From: an uncultured virus (IMG/VR IMGVR_UViG_3300042691_032227)
Lineage: Duplodnaviria > Heunggongvirae > Uroviricota > Caudoviricetes
Strand: one strand, 5' to 3'
Virus record (IMG/VR): IMGVR_UViG_3300042691_032227
DNA: 64,000 bases
Under the pieces are notes generated by a model. That model had not been told where the DNA came from, made no database searches, and saw only the letters and a list, made by a program, of their open reading frames with translations. Position numbers and translations under genes: made by a program. This document shows, in pieces, positions 1-8,908 of the stretch (position 1 is its first letter; the number at the start of each line of letters is the position of its first letter).

Positions 1-80
1 TAAATGTTTTGTTGATAATCACTTTGTAACTTAGCAATAGATTGCATTTCTGATTCGGTAAATTTGATTACATCACTCAT
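1..80 (-). CDS. Partial hypothetical phage protein (5' end only, runs off window)
   Basis: Reverse strand from ATG at 80 reads MSDVIKFTESEMQSIAKLQSDYQQNI... open to the window edge; not in the ORF track. Confidence 0.6.
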   Translation of the reverse strand, partial: MSDVIKFTESEMQSIAKLQSDYQQNI

Positions 81-147
81 ATTTTTACAATACATATGTA
101 TTCAAACACTATTTTAGTTATTATAAATTATTTGATTAAAATTAAAT

Positions 148-175
148 TTGACAACACTTCATGTGTATGTATAAT
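148..175 (+). promoter_or_regulatory. Sigma70-type promoter (TTGACA-N16-TATAAT)
   Basis: TTGACA at 148-153 and TATAAT at 170-175, upstream of ORF 253. Confidence 0.65.
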
Positions 176-252
176 TAGATTATGGTCTAAGGCTGGTAAT
201 CTTGGATCTGTGTAAGTATACCAATAAATAAACACAAATTATATTTGTAAAT

Positions 253-444
253 ATGTCAGCAAAGAATATTGTATCAAACGAACGCGTAGCAAAGTATGCT
301 GTTATCAGAAATGGCATGAGGGTCTCTGATTTGGAATATGCCTCTAAGGATGAAGCTAAATCAGAATATGATCATTGGCACAAAGTTATTACACGATGGC
401 CAGATGGTAGTAAACTTGAAATCGTTGAAGTGAAAGGTAAATAA
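253..444 (+). CDS. Hypothetical protein
   Basis: 63-aa ORF, stop overlaps next start (TAATG). Confidence 0.7.
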   Translation: MSAKNIVSNERVAKYAVIRNGMRVSDLEYASKDEAKSEYDHWHKVITRWPDGSKLEIVEVKGK

Positions 445-671
445 TGAGTAAAGAAGTGTTTGGACTGCGAGAAAAAATCGCTAAGGCTACAAGCGAACAA
501 GAAATTGTAAAGTTGTTAAAGCTTGGAAATTCTTACGAATTTGCGAGTGCTAGAACCCGTGCTTCGTGGAAGAATACTGGATTTAGAGTTTTGGAAAATC
601 TAAAAAATACAGAATCTTCTACTAAGGAAACAACTGAGGTTAAACCAAAATCAAAAAAGCAAAAGAAGTAA
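444..671 (+). CDS. Hypothetical protein, basic C-terminus
   Basis: 75-aa ORF coupled to the previous ORF, followed by a terminator. Confidence 0.7.
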   Translation: MSKEVFGLREKIAKATSEQEIVKLLKLGNSYEFASARTRASWKNTGFRVLENLKNTESSTKETTEVKPKSKKQKK

Positions 672-694
672 TAGTATAAATCAAATTGTGTTTG

Positions 695-724
695 AAAGGC
701 GTCACTTAATGTGACGCCTTTTTT
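695..724 (+). terminator. Rho-independent terminator
   Basis: aaaggcgtcac-ttaat-gtgacgccttt hairpin followed by a T run. Confidence 0.85.
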
Positions 725-748
725 GTTTATTTGATATTTATTAAATGA

Positions 749-1105
749 ATGACAGAATCATTTCGTGCATTGACTTTGCCGTCTGATTACGAAGAAATGG
801 AACTCTTCATAAAGAACAACAAAGTCAAATTAACAGAGCAAATTGTTTTATCGGTGCAATACGCACTAAGCAACGGATTTTCGTCGGTAGAGGTGTTTAA
901 CTTTGAAGATTCAGATTTTATTGTTATATTAGATCAATCAACATTTAAAGATAACATAGATAACATCTTTGATTTTTACGTCAGTACTGAACAGTATGAG
1001 TTTTGTGATCGGTTAGTTAAATTAAAGCAACAACTAGAACAACATGAGCAAAAACAACAAGAAATCAGATACAAGTCCAAAGGTACATCAAAACACAAAA
1101 ATTAA
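749..1105 (+). CDS. Hypothetical protein
   Basis: 118-aa ORF preceded by TATTTATT at 735-742; overlaps the phoH start. Confidence 0.7.
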   Translation: MTESFRALTLPSDYEEMELFIKNNKVKLTEQIVLSVQYALSNGFSSVEVFNFEDSDFIVILDQSTFKDNIDNIFDFYVSTEQYEFCDRLVKLKQQLEQHEQKQQEIRYKSKGTSKHKN

Positions 1106-1763
1106 AGAATCTATTGGTATAGATGAACGAACATTAACACCGAAACAAATAGAATTATTAGAACTTTTAAAAAATAAAAATACAAAATGTGTCTTTATAT
1201 CAGGTCCGGCCGGTACATCTAAAACCTTTACAAGTGTATTAGCAGGTCTACATTTAGTAAATCAGAAGAGAGTAAGTGAAATTATATATGTTAGAAGTAT
1301 AGTAGAAAGTAGTGATAGTAAATTAGGATTTTTACCAGGTGAGATGGATGAAAAAATGAGTCCATATATTCAACCTCTTATTGACAAATTGGAAGAACTA
1401 CTTTCAAAACATGATATTGATAAGCTTAAAAAAGAAGAACGTATTCACGGGTTTCCTATAAACTTTCTACGTGGTTTGAGTTGGAACGCTAAGTGTATTG
1501 TAGCAGATGAAGCTCAAAATATGACTAAAAAGGAACTTACAACGTTACTAACGCGTGTAGGAGAATTTAGTAAATTATTTATATGTGGAGATCCAGACCA
1601 AAGTGATATTAATGGTAAAAGTGGATTTGTGCCTATGATGAATCTATTTGATGATGAAGAAAGTAAAAATAACGGTGTATATGTATTTAGATTCGACGAA
1701 GAAGATGTAGTTAGAAGTGGATTAGTCAAATTTGTATTAAAAAAACTTAAAACCTTGTCATAA
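1044..1763 (+). CDS. phoH: PhoH-like ATPase
   Basis: GPAGTSKT Walker A, LGFLPG, FLRG, DEAQN, GDPDQSD and RSGLV motifs typical of PhoH. Confidence 0.93.
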   Translation: MSKNNKKSDTSPKVHQNTKIKESIGIDERTLTPKQIELLELLKNKNTKCVFISGPAGTSKTFTSVLAGLHLVNQKRVSEIIYVRSIVESSDSKLGFLPGEMDEKMSPYIQPLIDKLEELLSKHDIDKLKKEERIHGFPINFLRGLSWNAKCIVADEAQNMTKKELTTLLTRVGEFSKLFICGDPDQSDINGKSGFVPMMNLFDDEESKNNGVYVFRFDEEDVVRSGLVKFVLKKLKTLS

Positions 1764-1781
1764 TTATATTTATATATTATT

Positions 1782-3095
1782 ATGGCAGTCCTATCTAATA
1801 ACGGAAGATTAATTTCTAGCTTACCCGCTACATCTATCATTAGCGCTACTGATGAGTTTTTGATTCAATCAAACGGAATCACTAAACGAACATCATACGC
1901 GGCACTAACTAGTTCAATTCTAGGTGCCGCTAGCTTCAATCCGTTTATCAACCAAGTAAATTTTAAAAATATAACCAATAAATTTACTGGTAGTTTTTTT
2001 AATCCTACAAATGGTATTTCAAATTTGTATACTGTAAAAGTTCGTAATGGAATGGTTATTACAGGTAGTTTATACACACAAAATATTGTCTCAAATAAGT
2101 TTAGTGGATCTATAACAGGTATATTATATGGCCGTGCATCGGGCAGTTTCAAAGGTGGGTTTACTGGTAGTTTGAGTGGATCGGTTAAAGGTCGTGTAAC
2201 CGGTTCTTATACAGGTAGTTTAAAGGGTGTATTGAATGGAAATGTTACTTCAACCGGTACAAGTACATTCAAAACAATTAATACGACGGCTATTACATCA
2301 ACAACCGGATTCTTAGGCAAATTGACAGGATCGATGCGTGGAGATGTATTTAATGAATCGAACGTTAAAGTACTAGAAAATGGTTCTGGAACGGCTACAC
2401 CAAACGGCGGTATACCAAATGCTTATTTTTATGGTACATCTTCATTTGCAGTACATGCTACACTGGCAGATACAGCATTAACAAGTGTTGCAACAAACGG
2501 TTTACCGTCAGGTGGTACTCAATATCAAATTTTGGCTAAAAACTCAGGTACAAACTATGATGTAATTTGGACTAATCCAATAACTGCAAGCACAGCTGGT
2601 AGTGCAAACTATTTAACAATTTGGGATGGCACTAGAGCTATTAAAAATGTAAATAGTTTTTATTACAATACATCCGATTATGTTACTGAATTACCTTTGA
2701 GAGCAAAATCAGGATTTTATATAAGTTCGGCTGACGGCGGTGCTTTTACAGGTTCATTAAGAAATAATGAAGATCTAAAAACCATTACTACTCCAGGACA
2801 AACACGCACTTTAAATGGTCATAAATTTGGCTCTATAAAACTTGAATTGTCGTCGAGTGGAACAATTACCATGTCTTTAAAATCGGGTCAAACATCTACC
2901 GTTTTAATTGAAAGCAACGGTTCTGGCAACAATGTTACTGCTTGGACAGGTCTTACAGAAACAGGTACAGTTTCTATATATTGGAAAAATGGCACAGTAC
3001 CTACTGTAAGTAGCGGCGCTGGTAAAAAAGACGTATTTACTTTTATTAACGTCAAAGGAAAAATATTTGCGTCTGCAATTCAAAATTTTAGCTGA
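1782..3095 (+). CDS. Putative tail fibre / virion structural protein
   Basis: [FYL]-[ST]-G-S periodic tract; GLPSGGTQYQILAKNSGTNYDVIW and C-terminal WKNGTVPTVS...DVFTF segments typical of fibre proteins. Confidence 0.65.
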   Translation: MAVLSNNGRLISSLPATSIISATDEFLIQSNGITKRTSYAALTSSILGAASFNPFINQVNFKNITNKFTGSFFNPTNGISNLYTVKVRNGMVITGSLYTQNIVSNKFSGSITGILYGRASGSFKGGFTGSLSGSVKGRVTGSYTGSLKGVLNGNVTSTGTSTFKTINTTAITSTTGFLGKLTGSMRGDVFNESNVKVLENGSGTATPNGGIPNAYFYGTSSFAVHATLADTALTSVATNGLPSGGTQYQILAKNSGTNYDVIWTNPITASTAGSANYLTIWDGTRAIKNVNSFYYNTSDYVTELPLRAKSGFYISSADGGAFTGSLRNNEDLKTITTPGQTRTLNGHKFGSIKLELSSSGTITMSLKSGQTSTVLIESNGSGNNVTAWTGLTETGTVSIYWKNGTVPTVSSGAGKKDVFTFINVKGKIFASAIQNFS

Positions 3096-3096
3096 T

Positions 3097-3423
3097 ATGA
3101 TAAAATCGTTTTCATTTTGGAAAGATGTAGATAATGTTCCTGGAGTTACTTATAAAATATTTTCGGGCACAACTACATCTAATGCTGCAGTATGTGCTAA
3201 TGGTAGTGCTGAAGTTGAATACAACTATACATCTGTGAGTGCTGGTAATGGTTCTACATTCTTTTATAGTACTTTAGATGGCTGTCCAAGCGGTATAACT
3301 TTGACAATAACCGCTTGTTTACCATCAGATGCAGTAGTAGTTGGTCCTCCTGTCAATGTTGGAGATCCTGTATCTGGAACAAATCCTAGAACCACACCAA
3401 CCGCAACAGGTACAGATTGTTAA
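3097..3423 (+). CDS. Small Cys/Thr-rich protein, possible fibre accessory
   Basis: ATG at 3097 directly after the upstream TGA (MIKSFSFW...); ORF-track start 3067 is an overlapping TTG. Confidence 0.6.
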   Translation: MIKSFSFWKDVDNVPGVTYKIFSGTTTSNAAVCANGSAEVEYNYTSVSAGNGSTFFYSTLDGCPSGITLTITACLPSDAVVVGPPVNVGDPVSGTNPRTTPTATGTDC

Positions 3424-3454
3424 TAAAACTTTTAAAAATATATACTTATAATAT

Positions 3455-3787
3455 ATGGCAACAAGTCCCTGTAATAACTTAAACGTAAAAACGCTTAGAA
3501 TAAGTCAGTTAGCAGCAACAGCTGGTATCAATAGTAGTGATTTAATATCTATTTCACAATATGACGCTGGCAACGACGTTTATTATTCAAAAAAAGCTAC
3601 GTTTGGAAATTTGGTAAATTATCTTTCTACGGTCAGTGGATCTTATTCTGGTAGTATAAAATTGACAAGTGGAATCACTGGATCAATAGTAACAGCAAAT
3701 GCCGCGGGTAGTTTTGGGAATGATAAGTTTTTTCCAGTACTTATAAATAATGTTAAGTACAAAATACCACTATATCCAAATACTTGA
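3455..3787 (+). CDS. Short virion/fibre protein
   Basis: N-terminus SPCNNLNV...ISQLA shared with the next ORF; TACTTATA upstream. Confidence 0.6.
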   Translation: MATSPCNNLNVKTLRISQLAATAGINSSDLISISQYDAGNDVYYSKKATFGNLVNYLSTVSGSYSGSIKLTSGITGSIVTANAAGSFGNDKFFPVLINNVKYKIPLYPNT

Positions 3788-3799
3788 TATTTATAATAT

Positions 3800-5374
3800 A
3801 TGTCTAGTCCTTGTAATAATTTAAACGTAGTTCCAATTAAAGTTAGTCAACTTGCAAGATATCAAAATTTAGATGTTAATGATCTATTTCTTACAGTTGA
3901 ATCTGGTTCTAGTTTGATTTCAAGAAGAAGTACACTAGGCGATGTTAAAAATACACTTAATAAATTAACAGGATCTTATACAGGCAGTTTTAGTGGTAGT
4001 TTTATTGGAATATTTACAGGAAAAGGCAGTGGTAGTTTTAGTGGTAGTCACTATGGTAAGTTTATTGGTAAAAATGCAAGTGTAAGTGGAAGTTTTAGTG
4101 GTAGTTTTTACGGCATATCAAACTTTAGCAAAACATCTTCTTATTTATTACAAACTACACAAAACACAACAAAAGGAGTAGGTTACTTTGATGGCACACG
4201 ATTAATAAGTGCTCCTGGTTTAGTATTTGATAATAATACAGGTGGATTTAAATCATTAAGTATTTCTTCATCTTTACCATTTAACTATTTAAACATTGCA
4301 AGTCGTGGATTAACTAGTGGCGGGGTTAAATACAATCAGGCTGGAATTAGTTTGGCCAATTATAACAGCAATGAACCATATCCAACATATGACTCATGGA
4401 TAATTCTCAGTGCTACAAGTGGAAGCTTAACGTTTGTTGCTCCAATTGGTTCCAATGCATTTTCTTCATCTACCATAAAAGCACAAAGTACTACCGGTGA
4501 ATGTTATGGTATGGTACAAAGAAGAAACGGTTTTTATTTTTGGCCATACATGCCTAGTAATACGCCGTCTAGAGATGGTGCGATAGGTATCGGAGTACAA
4601 CCACCAAGTGAAGCTACAGGATCATTCGACAAATATTTAAGAGCCAAACTACAGATAAACATGTTTAGTGGTAGTGGTGAAGGTCCGTGGAGTATACCAG
4701 CAACAGTTGAAAATCGTGCTACGGCTATATTGGTTAATTATGGGTCCGGAAGTACTACTACCGGATTTACAAAAACGTTCTTTGTATCTGGAAGTGGTAA
4801 TACATACATACATGGTAAATTAAATGTTAATAGAGGCGTTACAGGATCATTCAGAGGTATCGACAATATTACAAATTTCAAAGGCACTGGCAAAAAAGTA
4901 TCTTATAATGGTACTTCAAGCTATGCTGTAAGTAGTAGTTATAGTGTTTTAGCGGCCACCGCTAGTTATTTGGCCAGTGGTGGAGGTGGTGATATATTTG
5001 CAAATGCATCTTATGTTCAAAAAACCGGAGCCGGTACACCTGTTCAGTCAGGCACAGCAAATACGTTTGGACCTATAGGTGTGGTTGGTAAAAAAATAAA
5101 ATGGTTCAAAATAGAAGGCAGTTTTCAAGTAGGTGAAAATGATTATGTAACACTAAATGGTGTAACTTTTAATGGAACTTTACTTTCATCAAATGTATAT
5201 TCAAGTTGGGGATGGCAAAAAGGATATTCATTCAATCCAGATAGTGGAGACATAAGAACTCATTTTACAATCGAAGGGGCACCGCCTGCAGGATACACTT
5301 CAGGTACAGGTACACTGATTGTATATGCCGATGGAACATATTCATGTCAAGGATATGCAATTGGATATTATTAA
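3800..5374 (+). CDS. Putative tail fibre protein
   Basis: SPCNNLNV...VSQLA N-terminus, TGSYTGSFSGSF repeats, TSSYAVSSSY motif. Confidence 0.65.
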   Translation: MSSPCNNLNVVPIKVSQLARYQNLDVNDLFLTVESGSSLISRRSTLGDVKNTLNKLTGSYTGSFSGSFIGIFTGKGSGSFSGSHYGKFIGKNASVSGSFSGSFYGISNFSKTSSYLLQTTQNTTKGVGYFDGTRLISAPGLVFDNNTGGFKSLSISSSLPFNYLNIASRGLTSGGVKYNQAGISLANYNSNEPYPTYDSWIILSATSGSLTFVAPIGSNAFSSSTIKAQSTTGECYGMVQRRNGFYFWPYMPSNTPSRDGAIGIGVQPPSEATGSFDKYLRAKLQINMFSGSGEGPWSIPATVENRATAILVNYGSGSTTTGFTKTFFVSGSGNTYIHGKLNVNRGVTGSFRGIDNITNFKGTGKKVSYNGTSSYAVSSSYSVLAATASYLASGGGGDIFANASYVQKTGAGTPVQSGTANTFGPIGVVGKKIKWFKIEGSFQVGENDYVTLNGVTFNGTLLSSNVYSSWGWQKGYSFNPDSGDIRTHFTIEGAPPAGYTSGTGTLIVYADGTYSCQGYAIGYY

Positions 5375-5379
5375 TTTTC

Positions 5380-5407
5380 TTGACATTTTCTCCAATTGTG
5401 TTATATA
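5380..5407 (+). promoter_or_regulatory. Sigma70-type promoter for hsp20
   Basis: TTGACA at 5380-5385 and TG-T-TATATA at 5399-5407. Confidence 0.5.
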
Positions 5408-5508
5408 TATTGTTAGATGGTGATCTTATAGACACTATCTACTATAGTGCTCGAGTGAGGCTATTAGGTTAATAAGTTCAATAGAATTATTAAAAGAAAG
5501 GTAAATAT

Positions 5509-5994
5509 ATGTCAGTAGTAAGATATAATAGTCCGTTTGGTTTGCGTCACCTTGATCGTGACGAATTTCTAGCTCCGTTTGATCGTGTTTTTGACGAAGT
5601 ATTCGCAAATCACTTTCCAGAATTAACAAAAGAACTTGGAGTTGGATTCTTCGAAAAACAAAGTTATCCCCGTGTAGATGTAGTCGATTATAGTGATCGA
5701 GTAGAAATTCTAGCGGAAATTCCGGGTTTAAGTAAAGATGAAGTATCCGTCGAAGTACAAGAAAATGTACTTACAATCAGTGGTCAAAAAGTCAAAAAGG
5801 TTGACGATAAGGAATTAACAGGAAAATATATTCGTAGAGAGTTAAAGCACAGTAGTTTCAAACGCAGTTTTACACTTGGGGAACAGATTGATAAATCGGA
5901 ACCACAGGCTAAGTTTGAAAATGGATTGTTAACTGTAACTTTAGCTAAAGTAAAACCAGTTATTCCTGTTACAAAGAAAGTAAAGATTGATTAA
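5509..5994 (+). CDS. Small heat shock protein (Hsp20/alpha-crystallin)
   Basis: PRVDV..AEIPGLSKDEV.V.VQENVLTISG..YIRRE..SFKRSFTL..AKFENGLLTVTL; GAAAGG Shine-Dalgarno upstream. Confidence 0.95.
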   Translation: MSVVRYNSPFGLRHLDRDEFLAPFDRVFDEVFANHFPELTKELGVGFFEKQSYPRVDVVDYSDRVEILAEIPGLSKDEVSVEVQENVLTISGQKVKKVDDKELTGKYIRRELKHSSFKRSFTLGEQIDKSEPQAKFENGLLTVTLAKVKPVIPVTKKVKID

Positions 5995-6014
5995 TATTCA
6001 ATCAAGGTTATGTT

Positions 6015-6044
6015 AAACCCCGTTATTAAATTAACGGGGTTTTT
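6015..6044 (+). terminator. Rho-independent terminator
   Basis: aaaccccgtta-ttaaat-taacggggttt hairpin plus T run. Confidence 0.85.
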
Positions 6045-6065
6045 ATTTTACAGATATTTATAGAT

Positions 6066-7052
6066 ATGATAAAGTTTAATCATTTAGTAATATTCACATC
6101 ACTTTTAATAGCTGGATGTGCAGCATACTTTAGTGTATATGGAATAGGTTTACTATTTTCGGGAGCAACTATTGCTGCCATGATAATGGCATCTTCGTTG
6201 GAGTTGGGTAAACTTGTAACCACTAGTTGGTTATTTAGATATTGGCATAAAGCAAATCTTTTAATGAAAACCTATATGATAGTTGCTATCTTTGCTTTGA
6301 TGGCAATTACTTCACTTGGTATTTACGGGTTTTTAACGGCAGCATTTCAAAAATCTTCTCTGGAAACTGAATTGTCCGTGAATAAAATTGCTACGTTGGA
6401 AGTCCAAAAAACCGAAGAGTTGAGTAAAATCGAAGCCACAAAAAAATCTATAGAAAAGATATATGCTTTAAGAAGTTCACAAGAGTCTCGTCTTAATGAG
6501 GTTTTAACCAATGCTTTGATAGCTCGTAATCCAATACAGTTACAAAATATTCAGAATCAAATAAACGATCAGATCGGAGATTTGAATAAACAACTAGAAA
6601 CTGAAAATGAAAAACTAAAAAGTTACAGTGATAAGGCCTCTAAAATTGATGAAGGAATTTTCAAACTTAAGGTAGAAAATAGTCAAAAAAAGGATATTAC
6701 TACATTTAAGTTTGTTGCTGATCAGTTTAATACAACCATACAAAATGTAGTCAAGTGGTTTATAGCTGTACTAATTGCTGTATTTGATCCATTGGCAGTT
6801 ATTTTGTTATTAGCATACAATATGTCCACCAACAAAGTACATGATGAAGAAAAGTCTGAATTTGAAATTTATAAACAACAAAAACCAAAAGAAGAGCCTG
6901 TTGTTGAAAAAATAGTTGAGGTAGAAAAACCTGTTGAGAAAATTGTTGAAAAAATAGTTGAGGTAGAAAAACCTGTTGAGAAAATTGTTGAAAAAATAGT
7001 TGAAAAGCCTGTCAATAGACCGAATGGTGTTAGAGGAATGTTTAGTTTCTAA
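6066..7052 (+). CDS. Membrane protein with coiled coil and VEKIVEVEKP repeats
   Basis: About three N-terminal hydrophobic helices, central coiled coil, FDPLAVILLLA helix, repeat tail. Confidence 0.75.
   Translation: MIKFNHLVIFTSLLIAGCAAYFSVYGIGLLFSGATIAAMIMASSLELGKLVTTSWLFRYWHKANLLMKTYMIVAIFALMAITSLGIYGFLTAAFQKSSLETELSVNKIATLEVQKTEELSKIEATKKSIEKIYALRSSQESRLNEVLTNALIARNPIQLQNIQNQINDQIGDLNKQLETENEKLKSYSDKASKIDEGIFKLKVENSQKKDITTFKFVADQFNTTIQNVVKWFIAVLIAVFDPLAVILLLAYNMSTNKVHDEEKSEFEIYKQQKPKEEPVVEKIVEVEKPVEKIVEKIVEVEKPVEKIVEKIVEKPVNRPNGVRGMFSF
6903..7012 (+). repeat. 42-nt tandem coding repeat (VEKIVEVEKPVEKI)
   Basis: gttgaaaaaatagttgaggtagaaaaacctgttgagaaaatt at 6903 and 6945, partial third copy at 6987. 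Confidence 0.85.
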
Positions 7053-7100
7053 AATAAAAAAATTTAATAATTTTTTATCTATATATGTACTTATACGTAT

Positions 7101-7250
7101 ATGGACGAGAAAGAAATATTTGAACTGTACAAAAATTTGAAACGTGGATTTGACACATCAAATTGGGACTTAATCCAAGAATCTATAGATTATCTTTCAG
7201 AATATATAGAATTAGATGATGACGATGAAATGTTTGACGAAATAAACTAA
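7101..7250 (+). CDS. Small acidic hypothetical protein (49 aa)
   Basis: MDEKEIFELYKNLKRGFDTSNWDLIQESIDYLSEYIELDDDDEMFDEIN; TACTTATA at 7088; TAATG overlap with next ORF; below ORF-track cutoff. Confidence 0.7.
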   Translation: MDEKEIFELYKNLKRGFDTSNWDLIQESIDYLSEYIELDDDDEMFDEIN

Positions 7251-7564
7251 TGATATATTTACTGTTATTTTTGTTGTTGTTATCAACAATGCTAAATATT
7301 TTTTTAGTGGTGTCTTTAAAAAAGGCATTCACTCAAATTGATTTGCTAGAATCATGGTTGATTGATTTTAAAGCGTTAGTAAAAAATACATATAATAAGT
7401 TGAAATCTATAGATGACAGAGGTATATTTGTTAAAGACGATGATGTTGGAGTACTATTTACAGACTTATTAAACATTATTGATATAGCAAATAAAAGAAT
7501 TCAAACCGATGATAATGATAAATCCGCCGATTTTAATGAAAAAAACAAAAACGAAATCTTGTAA
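7250..7564 (+). CDS. Small membrane-anchored hypothetical protein
   Basis: N-terminal hydrophobic helix; coupled to upstream ORF. Confidence 0.7.
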   Translation: MIYLLLFLLLLSTMLNIFLVVSLKKAFTQIDLLESWLIDFKALVKNTYNKLKSIDDRGIFVKDDDVGVLFTDLLNIIDIANKRIQTDDNDKSADFNEKNKNEIL

Positions 7565-8507
7565 AAAGACTAAAAAGGTTGCTTCTGTTAAGACAAAACG
7601 TATTGTCAAAAACAAGACTAACTTGAAAACAAAGAAAGTAGTACCAAAGGTAAAAAAGCCAAAAATTACCATTGGCGTTTTATTGCCTTCCAAGAGTGTT
7701 AACAAACCTATTTCAAATATAGAAGTTCCACGTTCAGTTAAGCCGGAAATTATAGATTCGGATTTAAAAGAATCTACCGAAGAATCTCAGTTTGATATCA
7801 ACGGCGAACGTAAAAAACGCCGTGGTAGAAACAAGAAAGAAAAAATATATTTTTCTAAGAAAACCGAAGATGCTATCATCGAATATAATAACGAAGAAGA
7901 TGAAATTAAAAGAAACTATATATACGAAAACAAAATAAAATTTAGTTTTGAAAAATTAGTAGAAAACATATTCAATACGTTCAAATTTACATATTTCGAT
8001 AACAGTCCAATTGAAATTCAAAAAGAAACGGTATCTCATTTAGTAACTAACATACATAAATTTCAAGCTGGTAAAGGTAAAGCATTTAGTTATTTCAGCA
8101 TCGTAGCAAAAAACTATTTAATATTCCATAACAATAACAATTATAAACGTTTTAATCAACATGTAGATATTAGTGAAACTCCAAGTGAATCATCTGTATG
8201 TTTACAAACTGAAGACGCACATCATAAAGATGTTCAGACTCAAGAATTCATGAAGTTAATCGTAAATTATTGGGAAGCCAACATTACAAAAATATTCAAT
8301 AAACAAAAAGACTTAAATATCGCATACGCAGTTATTGAACTGTTTAGAAATTGTGAAAGAATTGAGAATTTTAACAAAAAAACATTATATCTCTATATTA
8401 GAGAACTAAGTAACTGTAAGACACAACAAATTACAAAAGTAATCAATAAAATGAAGAGTTATCAAAATCTAGTAATGCGAAATTATAGTAATAGAGGAAC
8501 ATTATAA
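7536..8507 (+). CDS. Putative late-transcription sigma factor (T4 gp55-like) with Lys-rich N-terminal extension
   Basis: YFSKKTEDAIIEY...IHKFQAGKGKAFSYFSIVAKNYLI resembles sigma region 2 of gp55-type factors; start could alternatively be 7509. Confidence 0.6.
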   Translation: MKKTKTKSCKKTKKVASVKTKRIVKNKTNLKTKKVVPKVKKPKITIGVLLPSKSVNKPISNIEVPRSVKPEIIDSDLKESTEESQFDINGERKKRRGRNKKEKIYFSKKTEDAIIEYNNEEDEIKRNYIYENKIKFSFEKLVENIFNTFKFTYFDNSPIEIQKETVSHLVTNIHKFQAGKGKAFSYFSIVAKNYLIFHNNNNYKRFNQHVDISETPSESSVCLQTEDAHHKDVQTQEFMKLIVNYWEANITKIFNKQKDLNIAYAVIELFRNCERIENFNKKTLYLYIRELSNCKTQQITKVINKMKSYQNLVMRNYSNRGTL

Positions 8508-8523
8508 AATCTAAATAATTAAT

Positions 8524-8550
8524 AAAACCACTCCAAAAGGAGTGGTTTTT
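8524..8550 (+). terminator. Rho-independent terminator
   Basis: aaaaccactcc-aaaa-ggagtggttttt. Confidence 0.85.
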
Positions 8551-8551
8551 C

Positions 8552-8559
8552 TATTTATA
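8552..8559 (+). promoter_or_regulatory. TATTTATA motif, putative phage late promoter (representative copy)
   Basis: Same or near-identical 8-mer precedes many genes (1767, 3443, 3788, 6055, 7088, 23608, 33743, 54068, 58372, 60363, 62815). Confidence 0.65.
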
Positions 8560-8564
8560 GGTAT

Positions 8565-8906
8565 ATGGACTTAAATTTTGAAATTTACAAAGGAAAGAAT
8601 TTTTCTGGTCTTTGTAAGGACATTGTGAAAAATTCAGAAAACAAGAAGGATCAAATCGATATTTTGATATCCGAGTTACGTACTTTAATTAAAACAGTCA
8701 ACGATGCTGTAATTATAGTACCTTTAATCAAGGACTACTATGATGTAGGTATCAAAAATGATGAACAATTGGTAAAATTGGCGGCTGTTGTACAACGTTT
8801 AGTTGCTAAAGGTGAAGCTACGGGAGAAGGTCCAGCTATGGTTCTTAGTGAAGAAGAAAGAAAACAATTAATGGAAGAAGTTATAACGATTAGTAAAGGT
8901 GAATAA
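8565..8906 (+). CDS. Hypothetical helical phage protein
   Basis: 113-aa ORF after the TATTTATA motif, heads the baseplate cluster. Confidence 0.75.
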   Translation: MDLNFEIYKGKNFSGLCKDIVKNSENKKDQIDILISELRTLIKTVNDAVIIVPLIKDYYDVGIKNDEQLVKLAAVVQRLVAKGEATGEGPAMVLSEEERKQLMEEVITISKGE

Positions 8907-8908
8907 TA

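Noticed and set aside
176..252. tRNA or ncRNA in intergenic gaps
   Set aside because: No cloverleaf or T-loop consensus seen here or in the other short gaps
5415..5470. CIRCE (HrcA) operator upstream of hsp20
   Set aside because: Inverted repeats do not match TTAGCACTC-N9-GAGTGCTAA
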